A stretch of DNA of 64,000 nt from Octopus sinensis (taxonomy: Eukaryota), in the NCBI RefSeq assembly GCF_006345805.1, contig NC_043022.1:15810001-15874000 (forward strand), read 5' to 3'. The notes under the pieces are model-generated. The model saw only the letters and a program-made list of their open reading frames with translations, had not been told where the DNA came from and did not search any database. Each line of letters opens with the position of its first letter. Within the stretch, counting starts at the first letter, position 1. Below are positions 12,848 through 27,725 of this stretch, in pieces. The translations under genes and the position numbers were made by a program.

Positions 12848-13600
12848 GTGTGGCTGAGTGGTATGAAGATTGCTTCCCAACCACATGATTCCGGGTTCGG
12901 ACAAGTGTCTTCCAGTATAACCTAGGACCGACCAAAGCCTTGTGATTGGATTTGGTAGATGGAAACTGTAAGAAACCCATATATATGTGTGTGTTTGTGT
13001 TTGTCCCTCCCCCCACCCTGCCACCATCGCTTGACAACTGATGTTGCTGTGTTTACGTACCCGTAACTTAGAGGTTCGGCAAAAGAAACTGATAGAATAA
13101 GTACTAGGCTTACAAAAGAATAAGTCCTGGGGGCGATTTGTTCGACTAAAGGCGGTGCTCCAGCATGGTCACAGTCAAATGACTGAAACAAATAAAAGTA
13201 TAAAAGAATTGTGTGGTAAGTAGCTTGCTAACCAACCACATGGTTCAGGGTTCAGTCCCACGGCGTGGCATCTTGGGCAAGTGTCTTCTGCTATAGCCCC
13301 GGGCCGACCAATGCCTTGTGAGTGGATTTGGTAGACGGAAACTGAAAGAAGCCTGTCGTATATATATATATGTATGTGTGTGTGTGTTTGTGTGTCTGTG
13401 TTTGTCCCCCTAGAATTGCTTGACAACCGATGCTGGTGTGTTTACGTCCCCGTCACTTAGCGGTTCGGCAAAAAGAGACCGATAGAATAAGTACTAGGCT
13501 TACAAAGAATAAGTCCCGGGGTCGATTTGCTCGACTAAAAGGCGGTGCTCCAGCATGGCCACAGTCAAATGACTGAAACACGTAAAAGTATAAAAGAATA
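12848..13600 (+). mobile_element. Two adjacent SINE family A copies
   Basis: ~12848-13200 (diverged) and ~13210-13600. Confidence 0.8.
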
Positions 13601-13619
13601 TATATATATATAAAAGAGC

Positions 13620-13902
13620 ACTCCGTCGGTTGCGACGACGAGGGTTCCAGTTGATCCGATCAACGGAACAGCTAGCTTGTGAAATTTCGTGCCCGTGTCC
13701 CCTTAGCGTGGGTCTCAGGGAGATTCAGCATGACAAGGCTGGACCCTTTCAGATACGGGTACAACTCATTTTTGCCAGCTGAATGGGTTGGAGTGAAAAA
13801 TGAAATGTTATTGCTCGAGGACACAACGCGTCGCCGGGAATTGAACTCACGACCGTAGATCGTGAGCCGAATGCCCTGACCACTAAGCCACGCGCCTCCA
13901 CT
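13620..13902 (-). mobile_element. tRNA-derived SINE family C
   Basis: Head GGAGGCGCGTGGCTTAGTGG...GAGTTCAATTCCC. Confidence 0.8.
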
Positions 13903-13964
13903 ATATGTGTGTGTGTATGTATGTATGTATGTGTATATGTATGTATGTATGTGTGTGTGTATGT

Positions 13965-14006
<42 letters not shown>

Positions 14007-14340
14007 GTGTGTATGTGTATGTATGTGTGTGTGTGTATGTGTGTGTGTATGTATGTGTATGTATGTATGTGTGTGTGTGTGTATGTGTGTGTGTATGTAT
14101 GTGTATGTATGTATGTGTGTGTGTGTATGTGTGTGTGTATGTATGTATGTATGTGTGTATGTATTTATGTGTATGTATGTATGTATGTATGTGTATATAT
14201 GTATGTATGTATGTATGTATGTTTCTATGTATGTATGTATGTAATGTATGTATGTATGTATGTATGTATGTATGTGTGTGTATGTATGTGTGTATGTATG
14301 TATGTATGTATGTATGTGCGTGTGTGTGTGTGTGTGTATA
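13903..14340. repeat. (GT)n/(GTAT)n
   Basis: Direct inspection. Confidence 0.95.
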
Positions 14341-14381
14341 CAGATAGATATGCGCACGTGTATAAGCATTTTTGTGTAGAC

Positions 14382-14600
14382 CTGTGGTTTTCAACCAGGG
14401 TTCCGCGTAACCTTAGGGTTCCGCCAGTACAGTCCAGGGGTTCCACAAGAAGTTACAAAACTGCTAAAATCGGCAGTAATTTTTAATTCTCCTGTGCAGA
14501 TATGTGTGCACAAGACTATTAAATTATTGCACAGGGGTTCCCCGAGCCAGTGGAACGTTTCCTTGGGGTTCCGCTCCAGCAAAAAGGTTGAAAAGCACTG
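14382..14600. mobile_element. hAT-like MITE
   Basis: TIRs CTGTGGTTTTCAACC / GGTTGAAAAGCACTG. Confidence 0.7.
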
Positions 14601-14652
14601 ATATATATATATAGATACATATATACGTGAGCAGATAAGAATAGTAGCAGTT

Positions 14653-14835
14653 GTGTTTGTCCCTCCCCCCTGCCACCATCGCTTGACAACTGATGTTGCT
14701 GTGTTTACGTCCCCGTAACTTAGAGGTTCGGCAAAAGAAACTGATAGAATAAGTACTAGGCTTACAAAAGAATAAGTCCTGGGTCGATTTGTTCGACTAA
14801 AGGTGGTGCTCCAGCATGGCCGCAGTCTGAAATAA
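14653..14835 (+). mobile_element. SINE family A 3' half
   Basis: Nearly identical to 12997-13170. Confidence 0.75.
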
Positions 14836-15019
14836 GTAAATTGGTTTTTTTGTTGTTTTTTCCCCCGTTGGATTCTGCTATGCTCTGCCGAAGTAAACAG
14901 CTGATTGCGACATGTCAACCGCACGAAGCGTTTCGGTAGAAGCGGCAAGACCAAGTTATAAGTTGCGTTTGTACCTTTGCAAACGTAGGTGTACAGTGAG
15001 AGAGAGAGATGAAAAGAGA

Positions 15020-15190
15020 GAGGGATGTGTGTGTGTGTGTATGTGCGGATAGATATACATACGTACATACATATATACATACACATACATACCTACATAC
15101 TTACTTACATACCTACATACATACATACATACCTACCTACATACATACATACATACAAACCTACATACATATATACATACCTACGTACAC

Positions 15191-15221
<31 letters not shown>

Positions 15222-15414
15222 GACATACACACATACGTACGTACGTACGTACATACAAACATACATAGCTGGATGGATAGATAGATAGATAGATAAACTT
15301 ACTTGAAAAGGATTCGTCGCGTTCAATTAAATAATAATTATAAACTCTGTCTGTTTTTTTATGTTTTATTTATATTCTTTATAATATTAATGTAGAATAT
15401 AGAATTATAGTATA

Positions 15415-15462
<48 letters not shown>

Positions 15463-16582
15463 AATATATATATATATATATTATATATATATATGCCTAT
15501 ACTGGTACAGGAGGTCAGCAGCAGTGCAAATAACATGAAATATGTAAAGAGACGAGGGGAATACGTGAACAACTAGAAACAATGGAAAGCAGGACAAGTT
15601 AACAGAGAGAAAAGAACCTTCGTCAGTTGTCGGCTGTCTATCTACTTCTCATTTCGAGCATTCAATACATAGGTGGATATGTAGGTAGGTAGGTAGGAAG
15701 GTAGGTAGGTGGGTAGGTAGGTAGATAGGTAGGTAGGTAGGTAGATAGGTAAGGTAAGTAGGTAGGTAGGTCGGTAGGTAGGTAGGTAGATAGGTAGGGT
15801 AGGTAGGTAGGTAGGTGGGTAGGTGGGTAGGTAGGTAGATAGATAGGTAGGTAGGTAGGGTAGGTAGGTAGGTAGGTCGGTAGGTAGATATGTAGATAGA
15901 TAGGTAAGGTAAGTAGGTAGGTATGTAGGTAGGTAGGTAGATAGGTAGCTGGATGGATGGATAGTCAAACATAGATATATGTATATATATATGTGTGTGT
16001 GGTGTGTTGTGTGTGTGTGTGTGTGTGTGTATACAGAGAGGGGGGAGAAATAAAGATATGTGTGTGTGTGTGTGTTTTGGATAAGTTTGAAACATTTGAG
16101 GAATTGGCAAAAGAAATGATCTTCCATGGTAGCTTTTAATGCAAACGAAACGAACCTCCAAAAAGATTAATTATCTTTAATCAAATGGAAAAAGAGAAGA
16201 AAAAAAAGAAGACCTTCCGACAAGGGGTAAAAAAAACGGGGTCTGAATCATCAGCAGGAACCGAACCCTACACGTGCGTGCGCGCATGTCATTCGTATGA
16301 ATACGGCGAGCCACTGCACGAGGTTTCACGACATGCTGGAAACAACAGCCGAACGGCCTTCACGTCAAACCCTATTATAGTCTTACGAAAAGAAAGGAAG
16401 GAAGGAAGGACACAAATATAAAGTGTACTCGCGTATGTACTTCTATAATCGTTTGTTTTTAAGGGTTCCGGGTGGCTTTTGTCAGGGTCCTGCGACTGAC
16501 CGGGGGTTAAACAATAACAGCTCGCTAAATACGTCTTCTATTTTCATTTTCGTTAAACACGCGAACGCGCGCGCGCATCTGT

Positions 16583-16616
<34 letters not shown>

Positions 16617-16780
16617 TGGGTATATTTATCTGTCAGTCTGAAAACATGCATCGAGCGAGCTGACTCTCTGTCTCTCTGTCTCTCTCTCTCTCTCTCTCTA
16701 TCTATCTGTCTATCAATTTGTCATCTGGCCAAATGTCGTTATATATGTATGCATGTGTGTGTGTACGTGTATGTACGTAC

Positions 16781-16832
<52 letters not shown>

Positions 16833-16847
16833 ATCTATCTATCTATC

Positions 16848-16895
<48 letters not shown>

Positions 16896-17052
16896 GACAG
16901 ACAGAGAGATAGAGAGGTAAATAGATAGATAGATAGATAGATAGACAGATAGATAGATAGAGAGAGAGAGATAGAAAGATAGAGAAAGATAGATATAGAG
17001 AGAGAGAGATAGAGAGAGATAGATAGATAGAAAGATAGATAGATAGAGAGAT

Positions 17053-17083
<31 letters not shown>

Positions 17084-17180
17084 TAGAAATATAGATAGAT
17101 AGAAAGATAGAGAGATAGAGAGAGAGAAATAGAAAGATAGATAGATAGATAGAAAGATAGATAGATAGATAGAAAGATAT

Positions 17181-17213
<33 letters not shown>

Positions 17214-17664
17214 TAGAAAGATAGATAGATAGTTAGATAGATAGATAGAGGGATAGGTAGATTGAGAGGTAGATAGATAGATAGACAGAGAGATAGATAG
17301 ATATTGTATGTATGTGTGTGTGTGTGTGTGCCTCAGTATATCTTATTCATCCCTGCATACATTCAACTCTCAATCCATTCGGATATCGTTCTCTCCGTTC
17401 ATCAGTTCTTCCATCCGACCAACCATCTTTTCGCTTAAATTATCATCTTTTTTCTTTTCTGTCTGTCGGGAGATCCCCCCCCCACCGGTCCCACTCCTCC
17501 TTCTTCTTCTTCTTCTTCTTCTTCTTCTTCTACTTTCATGTATTTATTTATATATATACTTGCACACGTTCTTTTATACATAAGTATGTATAAGATACAC
17601 ACACACACAAACATAGAAAGCATGTATACATGAGTGTATACGTATTGTATACCATTTGTAAAAC

Positions 17665-17722
<58 letters not shown>

Positions 17723-17802
17723 ATATAATATATATATATATATATACACACACACATGTATGTATATATGTGTGTATCTGCGAGATAGATAGATAAATAG
17801 AC

Positions 17803-17833
<31 letters not shown>

Positions 17834-17971
17834 CAGATAGATAGACAGACAGATAGATAGATAGACAGATAGATAAATAGACAGATAGATAGATAGATAG
17901 ACCGATAGATAGACCGATAGATAGATAGAGAGATAGATAGATAGATTAGATAGATAGACCGATAGATAGAC

Positions 17972-18014
<43 letters not shown>

Positions 18015-18018
18015 TAGA

Positions 18019-18103
<85 letters not shown>

Positions 18104-19115
18104 TAACAGACAGATATTCAGCCGTCCTCCAGTTTGTGACTCGTTTTGAAAGTAATAAAAAGAATGAGTCCAGAAAAAAAAAGAAAACAAAAAATGAATG
18201 GAAGTCGAAATGAGAAATCTTAAGAAAACATTAAAAAAACGAGAATTAGACAATACGCATACTTGCATAAACACACACACAATAATATACACATAGCTAT
18301 ATATATATATACTATCACACGCACATACACACACCTACATACCCGTTTATGTGTGTATACAGGCACACACATCTTTATACATATATACACAGACACACAC
18401 ACACATACATATATACACAGACACACATCTTTATACATATATACACAGACACACACATCTACACACATCTTTATACATATATACACAGATACACACATCT
18501 TTATACATATATACATAGACACACACACATCTTTATACATATATACACAAACACACACATTTTTATACATATATACACAGACACACACATCTACACACAT
18601 CTTTATACATATATTCTCACACACACACACCTTTATACATATATACACAGACACACACACATATTTATACATATATACACAGACACACACACATCTTTAT
18701 ACATATATACACAACACACATCTTTATACATATATACACAGACACACACATCTTTATACATATATACACAGACACACATCTTTATACATATATACACAGA
18801 CACACACATCTACACACACCTTTATACATATATACACAGACACACACATTTTTATACATATATGCACCGACACACATCTACACACATCTTTATATATATA
18901 TACACAGACACACACATCTACACACATCTTTATATATATATACACAGACACACACATCTACACACATCTTTATACATATATACACAGACACACAAACAGA
19001 AGGAGAAATAGAGAGACAGAAAGAGAGAGAGAGAGACAGAAAGAAAGAGAGAGAGAGAGAGAAAGAAAGAGAGAGAGAGAGAGACAGAAAGAAAGAAAGA
19101 AAGAGAGAGAGAGAG
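15020..19115. repeat. Cluster of (CATA)n, (TA)n, (GTAG)n, (GATA)n and a CA-rich minisatellite (18360-18995)
   Basis: Direct inspection; short unique islands lie between tracts. Confidence 0.9.
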
Positions 19116-19435
19116 CTTAAAGTGTATGTAAATTTCCTTCTGGCCGTCATTAAAGGCTGCACGTTTGTTGTAGCAAGTGCGCGGGATTACACACACACAG
19201 ACTGCCATTATCCAAATTGGCTTCTTCACTCAAAAAAAATCCTCTATTTTTTTTCGATGTTTTACCATCCAGGGTAGAGGTTTCGCTTCGGTAAGATCAC
19301 CATAAACCCATTCTTGTTCTCCGTCTTGAATTATTCACATTTCGTTCCTTCCTTTGCACTTTAAATCGTCTCCTTTTCAGCTTTCTTTTCTTTCATTCGA
19401 CATCGATTTTCGGGGGTTGTTGTTGTTGTGATGAC

Positions 19436-19467
<32 letters not shown>

Positions 19468-20234
19468 AAAATCCTTTACATTATATATATATATATATAT
19501 AAACATAAATATACGCATGTATATAGATAAATGTAAATGTATATTACAAACATGGGGCAGTATATACAGGTATGTGTGTATAAGTGCGCCAATACTTAAT
19601 ATATAGATATATATACATGCGTATGTATATATAAATATACACATGCAGCCCTATAAATAAATCTGTAGTTATATACACACATGAGTCTATATAAACGTGT
19701 ATATAAATATGCATCTACACTGTACCTCTATTATACATTTTTTTATAGATATATACAGACGTATTAGATATTTATGTATATATATATAATATATATATAT
19801 ATATATTTATATCATATATATATATACATACACAGAGAGACGTATGAATCTACAAAAATATATTCAATTTGTCGAAATATACACATCGCTTATACATGTA
19901 TATTTGTATATAAACATTTCTAAATATACATGTATACACACACGCATGAGTATATACTTTTATATATATATATAAGTATATTTATATACGTATATATATA
20001 TATACATGTGTACGTACATCTTATATACACATGTGTATATATTTTATACTTGTGTGTTTATTTACATGTATGTGTATATAATAAGTCTCATTTGAAGGTA
20101 TACATCAAACTTTATATATAATTATATACATCTAGATAGAAGATCGCGGGTAAATTGAAAAAAAAATGAGCACTCGTCATATATATACACACACACACTG
20201 TACAATTACGCGCGTTTGACCTCATATTTGTGTA

Positions 20235-20265
<31 letters not shown>

Positions 20266-20304
20266 GTATACACTCGCGTTTAGTGTGTGTGTGTGTCTAT
20301 ATAC

Positions 20305-20335
<31 letters not shown>

Positions 20336-20456
20336 TATAGACATGTAAACGAAAATCTTTGCAGTCACCACGTTTTGCCTCTATTCCTTCATTTTCGACA
20401 TTCATTCTACGCGTGTTTCCTCAAAACATTTTATATATAACCTGTGTATATAGAAG

Positions 20457-20504
<48 letters not shown>

Positions 20505-21372
20505 CACAAGCACATGCCTAGACTTCTTAAACGGGTGTATAATCCATTCATATGGGTGTAGGGTACCATAGGTATGGTACCCCATTAGTTTATCAAATAT
20601 AATTTGCTATAAATAAATCTTGTATAAGATTTTTTCTTTCTTCCTGTTCTGTTCCTGATCTTCCTCCATATGTAAAAAGAGAAAAAAACACCCAGGCTAT
20701 TGGCATATTTATGATTTGGTTCTGGTATTTAACAGTCCTTAGTGATGATTGGGGCTGCCTGGCGAACGGGGTAGGGCTATTTAATGTGGGTACGTGAATG
20801 GAACATGTTTATTCCCATGGAAGGATCTCGTATCGTCTTCAGGTCAAGAATCCTCTGTGTTACGGTGCTTGTTCGACCCGTTTTTTTATTTCAGAGAATA
20901 AAAACAACCAAATTTCCCTCAAATTACATTTTAATATCTTTTAATTAAGGAAGTTTAACGATAGATAAGGCGGGATCGCCACGATTGGAACGCTTTCGAT
21001 CATAGGTTTGCATAATCGGTTTCTATAATTAACTGAAAAGACAGACCTACAGTAATTGTTGTTTAACTCGATGTCAGTTCTGGTTGAGCAGGTCCGTAAT
21101 GAAAAACAATCCAATCGAGACCATCCTGTCTGTTTTTCTGCACAAGACCCATTTTACACTTATTTTTTAATTTTATTGGATTCTATTTCTCCCTGGGGCA
21201 CCGATATGTGTAATTAAAATGGGATTTGGGTGCTATTTCTAGTAGTCTAGCCGGTCCGTTGACGGCATACGGTTCTCAACAGACCATGTTGGTTCGTGCA
21301 ACGCATGGATGTATATATAATATATGGGGGCACTTAGCGGTTATTTAAATGTATCCTGCTTGTGTGTGTATA

Positions 21373-21407
<35 letters not shown>

Positions 21408-21828
21408 TGCGTAACATGTACGAATTACGCTCACGCACGCATACATTTCACTGGGTGTATAAATTTTTCTACTTCCTACTCTTATAGTTTGTAATTGTGT
21501 TGCGGTGTATGTTCTTTATACGAGTGTATATAAACACTCGTGTATATACCTGAACTCACATTTTGTATCGGAAATATTATACACACGTTTATTAAATATA
21601 AAGTGCCTCTGTCATCAATAGAAAATTCGTTTTCCTATTTAGCATCTTATAATGATAAAAGAGAGCGCGAGAGAGAGACATAAATACACACTTTTATGTA
21701 TATGCGTGTATGTATGTATATATATATATATATTATATACACCTGTATGCTAATTTCATTTGGTTACATATGTATGCATTAATTTTAAAAAAACACGCAC
21801 GTATATATGGTGTGCTAATGTATGTGTA

Positions 21829-21860
<32 letters not shown>

Positions 21861-21909
21861 CGATCATGTGTTACTGTGTGTGCATATTTATGTATATTTT
21901 GATTCCTAG

Positions 21910-22700
21910 TATATGGATGTGTGTGTGTGTGTATATATATATGTGTGTGTGTATATATATATATGTGTGTGTAATATATATATGTGTGTGGTAGTATATA
22001 TATGCGTATGTGGTATATATATGTATGTGTGTATATTATAGTATGTGTGTATATATATGTATGTGTGTATATATATATATGTGTGGTGTATATAATATAT
22101 GTGTGTGTGTATATATATATGTGTGGTGTGTAATATATATGTGTGTGTGTGTATATATATGTTGTGTGGGTGTTATATATAATGTGGTGTGTGTATATTT
22201 ATGTGTGTGTGTATATATATATTGTGTGTGTGGTATATATATATGTGTGTGTGTGTATATATATATGTGTGTGTGGTATTATTATAATGTGTGTGTGTAT
22301 ATATATATGTGTGTGTGTATAGTGTGTGGTGTGTATATATATGTGTGTGTGTATGTATATATAGTGTGTGTATATTGTGTGTATATAATGTGTGTGTATA
22401 TATATGGGTATGTGTTATCTATATGTGTATGTGTATATATATGTGTATTTGTATATATGTGTGTGTATGTATATATGTGTGTGTATGTATATATGTGTGT
22501 GTATGTATATTATATATGTGTATGTATATGTGTGTGTGTGTGTATATGTATATATATATATTGGTGTATATGTATATATGTGTATGTATATTGTGTGTGT
22601 GTGTGTATATGTATATATTATATGTGTGTCAATTGTATATATATGTGTGTGTGTGTGTGATATATGTATGTAATATATATATATATAATAATAATAATAA
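21910..22700. repeat. (TA/TG)n
   Basis: Direct inspection. Confidence 0.95.
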
Positions 22701-22702
22701 TT

Positions 22703-23270
22703 GTGTACAGTGCTCAGGTGCACTACAACTCATCTAAAGTGTATATATAATCAGGTGTAGTTTCGACGGATTTTGGGAAGCATGAGGGCCTTAAAGGATG
22801 CAGTGTCATGGCAGTCAACAACTGATGCAGGCAGTTTATTCCACGCTTCAGCAACCCTGAGCGTGAAAAAATGTTTCCGAAAGTCATGGGAGCTGTGCTG
22901 TTTTCTGACTTTGTAGGCATGTCCACGTGTGTTAGACACATGGAGATCAAAAAGGTGTTCAGTTGTTGTGTTGCTGAGGTGGTTGATAACTTTGTGAGTG
23001 TTTACCCAGTCCGTTGCCAGACGCCGGAGCTTCAGTGAATCCATGCCCAGGGAAACAAGGCGCTCAGAATATGGTAGGTCTCTGATGGAGGGTATGCGTT
23101 TGGTTGCACGTCTCTGGACAGATTCCAGGAGGTCAATGTTCTGAGAAAGATAGGATTCCAAACTGATGATGCGAATTCCAAGTGTGGTCGTACCATAGCT
23201 GTATACAGTTTTAAATAGATGGCTGGAGAGCTGCTAACAAAAGTCTTGCTGAGTGATGCCAAGACACCCT
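22703..23270 (-). mobile_element. CR1-type LINE 3' fragment
   Basis: LYTAMVRPHLEFASSVWNP / LESVQRRATK / TRGH / FFTLRVAEAWNKLP with a frameshift. Confidence 0.9.
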
Positions 23271-23332
23271 ATATATATATATACTTATATAATATACATA
23301 TATTAATCAAAGTGTTCAGTATTATATATCCA

Positions 23333-23426
23333 CTACGACCGATCTAACCAATCGGTTTTACACTAGGGGTTCAATGGAGTGCTAGGCAACCGTCTGATTA
23401 TGTAACCCTGCGCTCATCAGAGGTAG
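23333..23426 (-). ncRNA. Decayed hammerhead-like motif
   Basis: CTGATGA gcgcagggtt...aacccctagtgt AAAAC cgat..atcg GTC gtag; GAAA has become AAAA. Confidence 0.4.
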
Positions 23427-23670
23427 CTGCTGTGGAATGAAATGTGGTGACTGTCATATTTCCACACTCATGCATATATATATATTATCATTGTTTAACT
23501 TCCATTTTCTGGTGCTGGCATGGGTTGGAGTGTTTCACAGGAGCTGTGAAGCCAGAGGACTGCAACGTGTACCAATGTCTGGTATCTGACACTGGATGCC
23601 CTTCGTAATGCCATGCAATTTACAAAGCGCACTGGGTTCTTTTTCTTCGACTGAGTGCAAAGTAGTATTA

Positions 23671-24066
23671 CTCTTTACTCTTTTACTTGTTTCAGTCATT
23701 TGACTGCGGCCATGCTGGAGCACCGCCTTTAATCGAGCAACTCGACCCCGGGATTTATTCTTATGTAAGCCCAGTACTTATTCTATCGGTCTCTTTTGCC
23801 GAACCGCTAAGTAACGGGGACATAAACACACCAGCATCAGTTGTCAAGCAATGCTAGGGGGACAAACAGACACACAAACACTCATATATATATACATATA
23901 TACGACAGGCTTCTTTCAGTTTCCATCTACCAAATCCACTCACAGGGCTTTGGTCGGCCCAAGGCTATAGTAGAAGACACTTGCCCAAGGTGCCATGCAG
24001 TGGGATTGAACCCGGAACCATGTGGTTAGTAAACAAGCTACTTACCACACAGCCACTCCTGTGCCT
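23671..24066 (-). mobile_element. SINE family A, full length
   Basis: Same consensus. Confidence 0.85.
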
Positions 24067-24279
24067 ACATTGATGGTGATGGTTTTATACCAGGTTTTCT
24101 TTTTTTTTTTTAAGCAGGTGTCTTGCAGTGGGGGAAAATACCTGGTTACTCCAGTTGGATGAAGAGAGAAAACGGTGGTGTTGATGAGGCCTCAGGACAT
24201 CCCCTTGGGCCAAAAAGGGGAATTGATGATTGTACAGGTGGGTGTGTGAAAGGGGAGTGGCAGAAGGATAGAGAGGTGG

Positions 24280-24608
24280 GTAAAGGGTAAAGACCCCCTT
24301 CAGTCATAAATGACAATGCGATCGTACCTAGAAAGTTTCCCTCGGCAAAGTTGTTTATGAAGGACCAGCAGGTGCCCCTGCACACCAGCCTCCCTTCTTC
24401 ACATCACCAGTATTTATCCAAGGGAGAGGCAAAGGGGCCAATACAGCTTGGCACCAGTGACAACACAACTCTTTTCTATGGCTGAGTGAACTGGAACAAT
24501 GTGAAATAAAGTGTCTCGCTCAAGAACACAACACACAGCCCAGTCTGGGAATCGAACTCACTACGTCATGACTGTGAGCTCAAAACAACCATTGAGCCAT
24601 GTACCTTC
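24280..24608 (-). mobile_element. tRNA-derived SINE family E
   Basis: Homologous to 41728-42052; TGGCTCAATGG and GAGTTCGATTCCC boxes. Confidence 0.65.
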
Positions 24609-24645
24609 ACTGATATGGGTAAAGATTGTGAATGGTAGAAACTGA

Positions 24646-25062
24646 TGGTGAGCTGGCAGAATCGTTAGCGCGCCGGGGGAAATGCTTAGCGTTATTTCGT
24701 CTGACTTTACATTCTGAGTTCAAATTCCGCCGAGGTCGACTTTACCTTTCATCTTTTCGGTGTCGATAAATTAAGTACCAGTTACGCACTGGGGTCGATG
24801 TAATCGACTTAATACCTATGTCTGTCCTTGTTTGTCCCTTCTGTGTTTAGCCCCTTGTGGGTAGTAAAGAAATAGGTATTTCGTCTGCCGTTAGGTTCTG
24901 AGTTCAAATTCCGTCGAAGGTCGACTTTGCCTTTCACCCTTTCGGAGTCGATTAAATAAGTACCAGTTATGCACTGGGGTCGATATAATCGACTTAATCC
25001 GTTTGTCTGTCCTTGTTTGTCCCTTCTGTGTGTAGCCCCCTGGTGGGTAGTAAAGAAATAAG
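24646..25062 (+). mobile_element. SINE family B (Nin/Deu-like central domain), head-to-tail dimer
   Basis: A box AGCTGGCAGAATCG, B box GAGTTCAAATTCC, and CCTTTCATCCTTTCGGGGTCGATAAA resembling the Nin domain. Confidence 0.8.
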
Positions 25063-25974
25063 AAACTGATGGAAGTGTGAAACATGGAGAGCATTAGGTT
25101 TTTTTTTTCTTTGGTGGGGGCAGGAATAATTGGAGTGGGTTTAGGAGGTGATAGGTGGCCGTACAGATGATATGAAGGGGCGCAAGAAATATGCGCAGTG
25201 CCATAGATGAGGTTGAAAGTACATAGGGGGTGGAAATAGTAATGGACAAAGCTAACACAAAGGGGGGAGATAAAAGATGGGCATCTCTGCTATTGTATGG
25301 TTGCAGCAACTGAATGCCTAGTGCCATAGTCAGGAGAGTGATGGAGGGTTGGGTGTTAGAAAAGTACTTAGGGGTGGAAATAGGGATGAACAAAGTGAGT
25401 AGGGGTTGGTGTTGGTGTTGTTGGAAGAATAAAAGGAAAAGAGGGGTGAATGGGGTGTTTAGTGGAAAACATGGTGGTAAGAGATGATATTGAGAATGTG
25501 AGTAGAAAAGGAAGTGGTTGTAGGGAGAAGGGTTACTGGTCGCACAAAAAGGGGGCGGCTTTGTTCTTGTATAATTACCACAGCTGGGTGAATAGGGCCA
25601 TAGTGAGAAAAGTGAAGGAGGCATGGTTGTTAGAAAGGACCAGTTGGGGACTAGAAACTCAACAAGAACAGATTGGGTGTAGGAGCATAGATATAAAAGA
25701 TAAGCTTTTAGGGTCCCATTTTTGCTGAGAGGTTTCCTCGAACACAGCAAATTGCCAGCCATCTCGATTCTTTGAAATGTCCTCTGTAAAGCTTAACATC
25801 CTAAGGTCAATCTTCATTACTTCCTGCTGTTGCTCTACCAAGATAGAATCGGTAGTGCTTCTCTCTGGCAAAGAACCAAACTGCATTTTATCTTGGCTAA
25901 ATCTTTTCCTAATTAGTTGGAACTATGTTCTTTTCTATAACTTTCATGACTTGGTACAATAATTTGTACCTGTT

Positions 25975-26207
25975 CCTATTTCTTTACTACCCACAGGGGT
26001 CTAAACACAGAGGGGACAAACAAGGACAGACAAACGGATTAAGTCGATTATATCGACCCCTGTGCATAACTGGTACTTAATTTATCAACCCCGAAAGGAT
26101 GAAAGGCAAAGTTGACTTCGGCGGAATTTGAACTCAGAACGTAGCGGCAGACGAAATACCGCTAAGCATTTCGCCCAGCATGCTAATATTTCTGCCAGTT
26201 CGCCGCC
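25975..26207 (-). mobile_element. SINE family B monomer inserted in RTE remnant
   Basis: Flanked by a TAATTTGTACCTGTTC duplication (~25960 and ~26210). Confidence 0.8.
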
Positions 26208-27301
26208 TTTAATTTGTACCTGTTCTGTTCACATTTAGCAATCCTCATTTCTTTATGCCCCTACCCTCATTCATACACATCACATGACCACACCTGTTTT
26301 CTCTTTTGTACCCTGCATTTGATTCCCTCTTATACCCAGTTTCCCCCTTAACACATTTTCGCTTTGTCCTGCTTGCACACTGACATTACGCTGCACGCCC
26401 AACGGAACATGCTAGCTATGTCTCTTTCGCGCCTTCACATGTAGCCTTGTATTTTGACACACACAAATCTCATACTCTCTGCTCTTCACTCTGATTCATA
26501 TTCTAATTATATTTTCAGAACCTCTGCTAATTAGGTCACCTAGGTAACAAAAGCTATCTACCACCTTTTAAGGATCCTCCTGGGCATTTGAGGAAATCTC
26601 GTGTCCCTTTTTCTGCACATCTGCCACATACAAAGCCTGTTTTCTGTTACCCTTCCTGTGATTCCACTCTACCTGTCAGGTGTCCACAATTTGCACAGAA
26701 TATACTGTATGGAATTCAGACAGGGAGCATTTTGTTGAAGGTATTAAGTTTGTTTTCTTGCTTACCAGAGCTTTTTCTTTGCTAAGTTACCTTTTGAGGC
26801 CCTTTGATCCCAGTTCTTGCTTCCACACCTGGAATTTCTTTTCTAATTCTTCTACAGATTCAGCTGTAAGAGCATGATCATCAGCATATAAAACCCCCCC
26901 GTGGGAACTGGTCTTAAACTTCTGTTATTGCCTGGAAGACTTTGGTAAATAGGAAAAGACTGAGAACTGAACCCTGGTGAACTCATACCTGCACACTAAA
27001 GCTGTTACTATACTCATTGCTAGCTCTCACCTTACTGACAGCACCTCTGTACGTGACTCAGATGGCACTCACCAGCCATTCATCTAACTCTTGTTTCTAC
27101 AGTGTCCCCCAGGTGAGTAAATGAGAGACCCTGTCAGATATTCTCAGTGTTGACAAATGCTAAGTACAGTGGTTCACTTCTGACTAAATACTTTTCCTGT
27201 CATGACCTCACTAACGAGGAAGGTAGCTTCAGTAGTGGTGCTTCCTAGCACAAAACCAAACTGTGTTTTATCTCAGCTAACTCTCCTCCTAATTAGTTCA
27301 G

Positions 27302-27725
27302 TTGTAGTTGTGATACCTGTACCGGTGGCACATAAAAAGCACCCACTACACTCAGGGAGTGGTTGGCGTTAGGAAGGGCATCCAGCTGTAGAAACTCTGC
27401 CAGATCAGACTGGAGCCTGGTGCAGCCTCCTGGCTTCCCAGACCCCGGTTGAACCGTCCAACCCATGCTAGCACGGAAAACGGACGTTAAACGATGATGA
27501 TGTAATCTTTTCTCTGATTTTCAATGTCTGCCAGTGCTGGTGCCATGTGAACAGCATCCAACTCAACTCTGTGAAGTGGTTGGCATTTGGAAGGGCGTCC
27601 AGCTGTAAAAACCTTGCCAAAACAGACACAGAAGCTTAGGGTAGTCTTCTGCCTGGCCATCTCCTGTCAAACTGTCCAACCCATGCCAGCATGGAAAGTG
27701 GATGTTAAATGCTGGTGATGATGAT
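27302..27725 (+). mobile_element. Two copies of RTE-tail / Meta-domain-like repeat
   Basis: GGTTGGCGTTAGGAAGGGCATCCAGC...CCCATGCTAGCA...GGACGTTAAACGATGATG. Confidence 0.75.

Noticed and set aside
15610-15665. CTGACGA and GAAA on the minus strand as a hammerhead
   Set aside because: No compatible stems in any topology.
25094-25762. 222-aa minus-strand ORF
   Set aside because: No recognisable domain; compositionally biased and adjacent to decayed LINE sequence.
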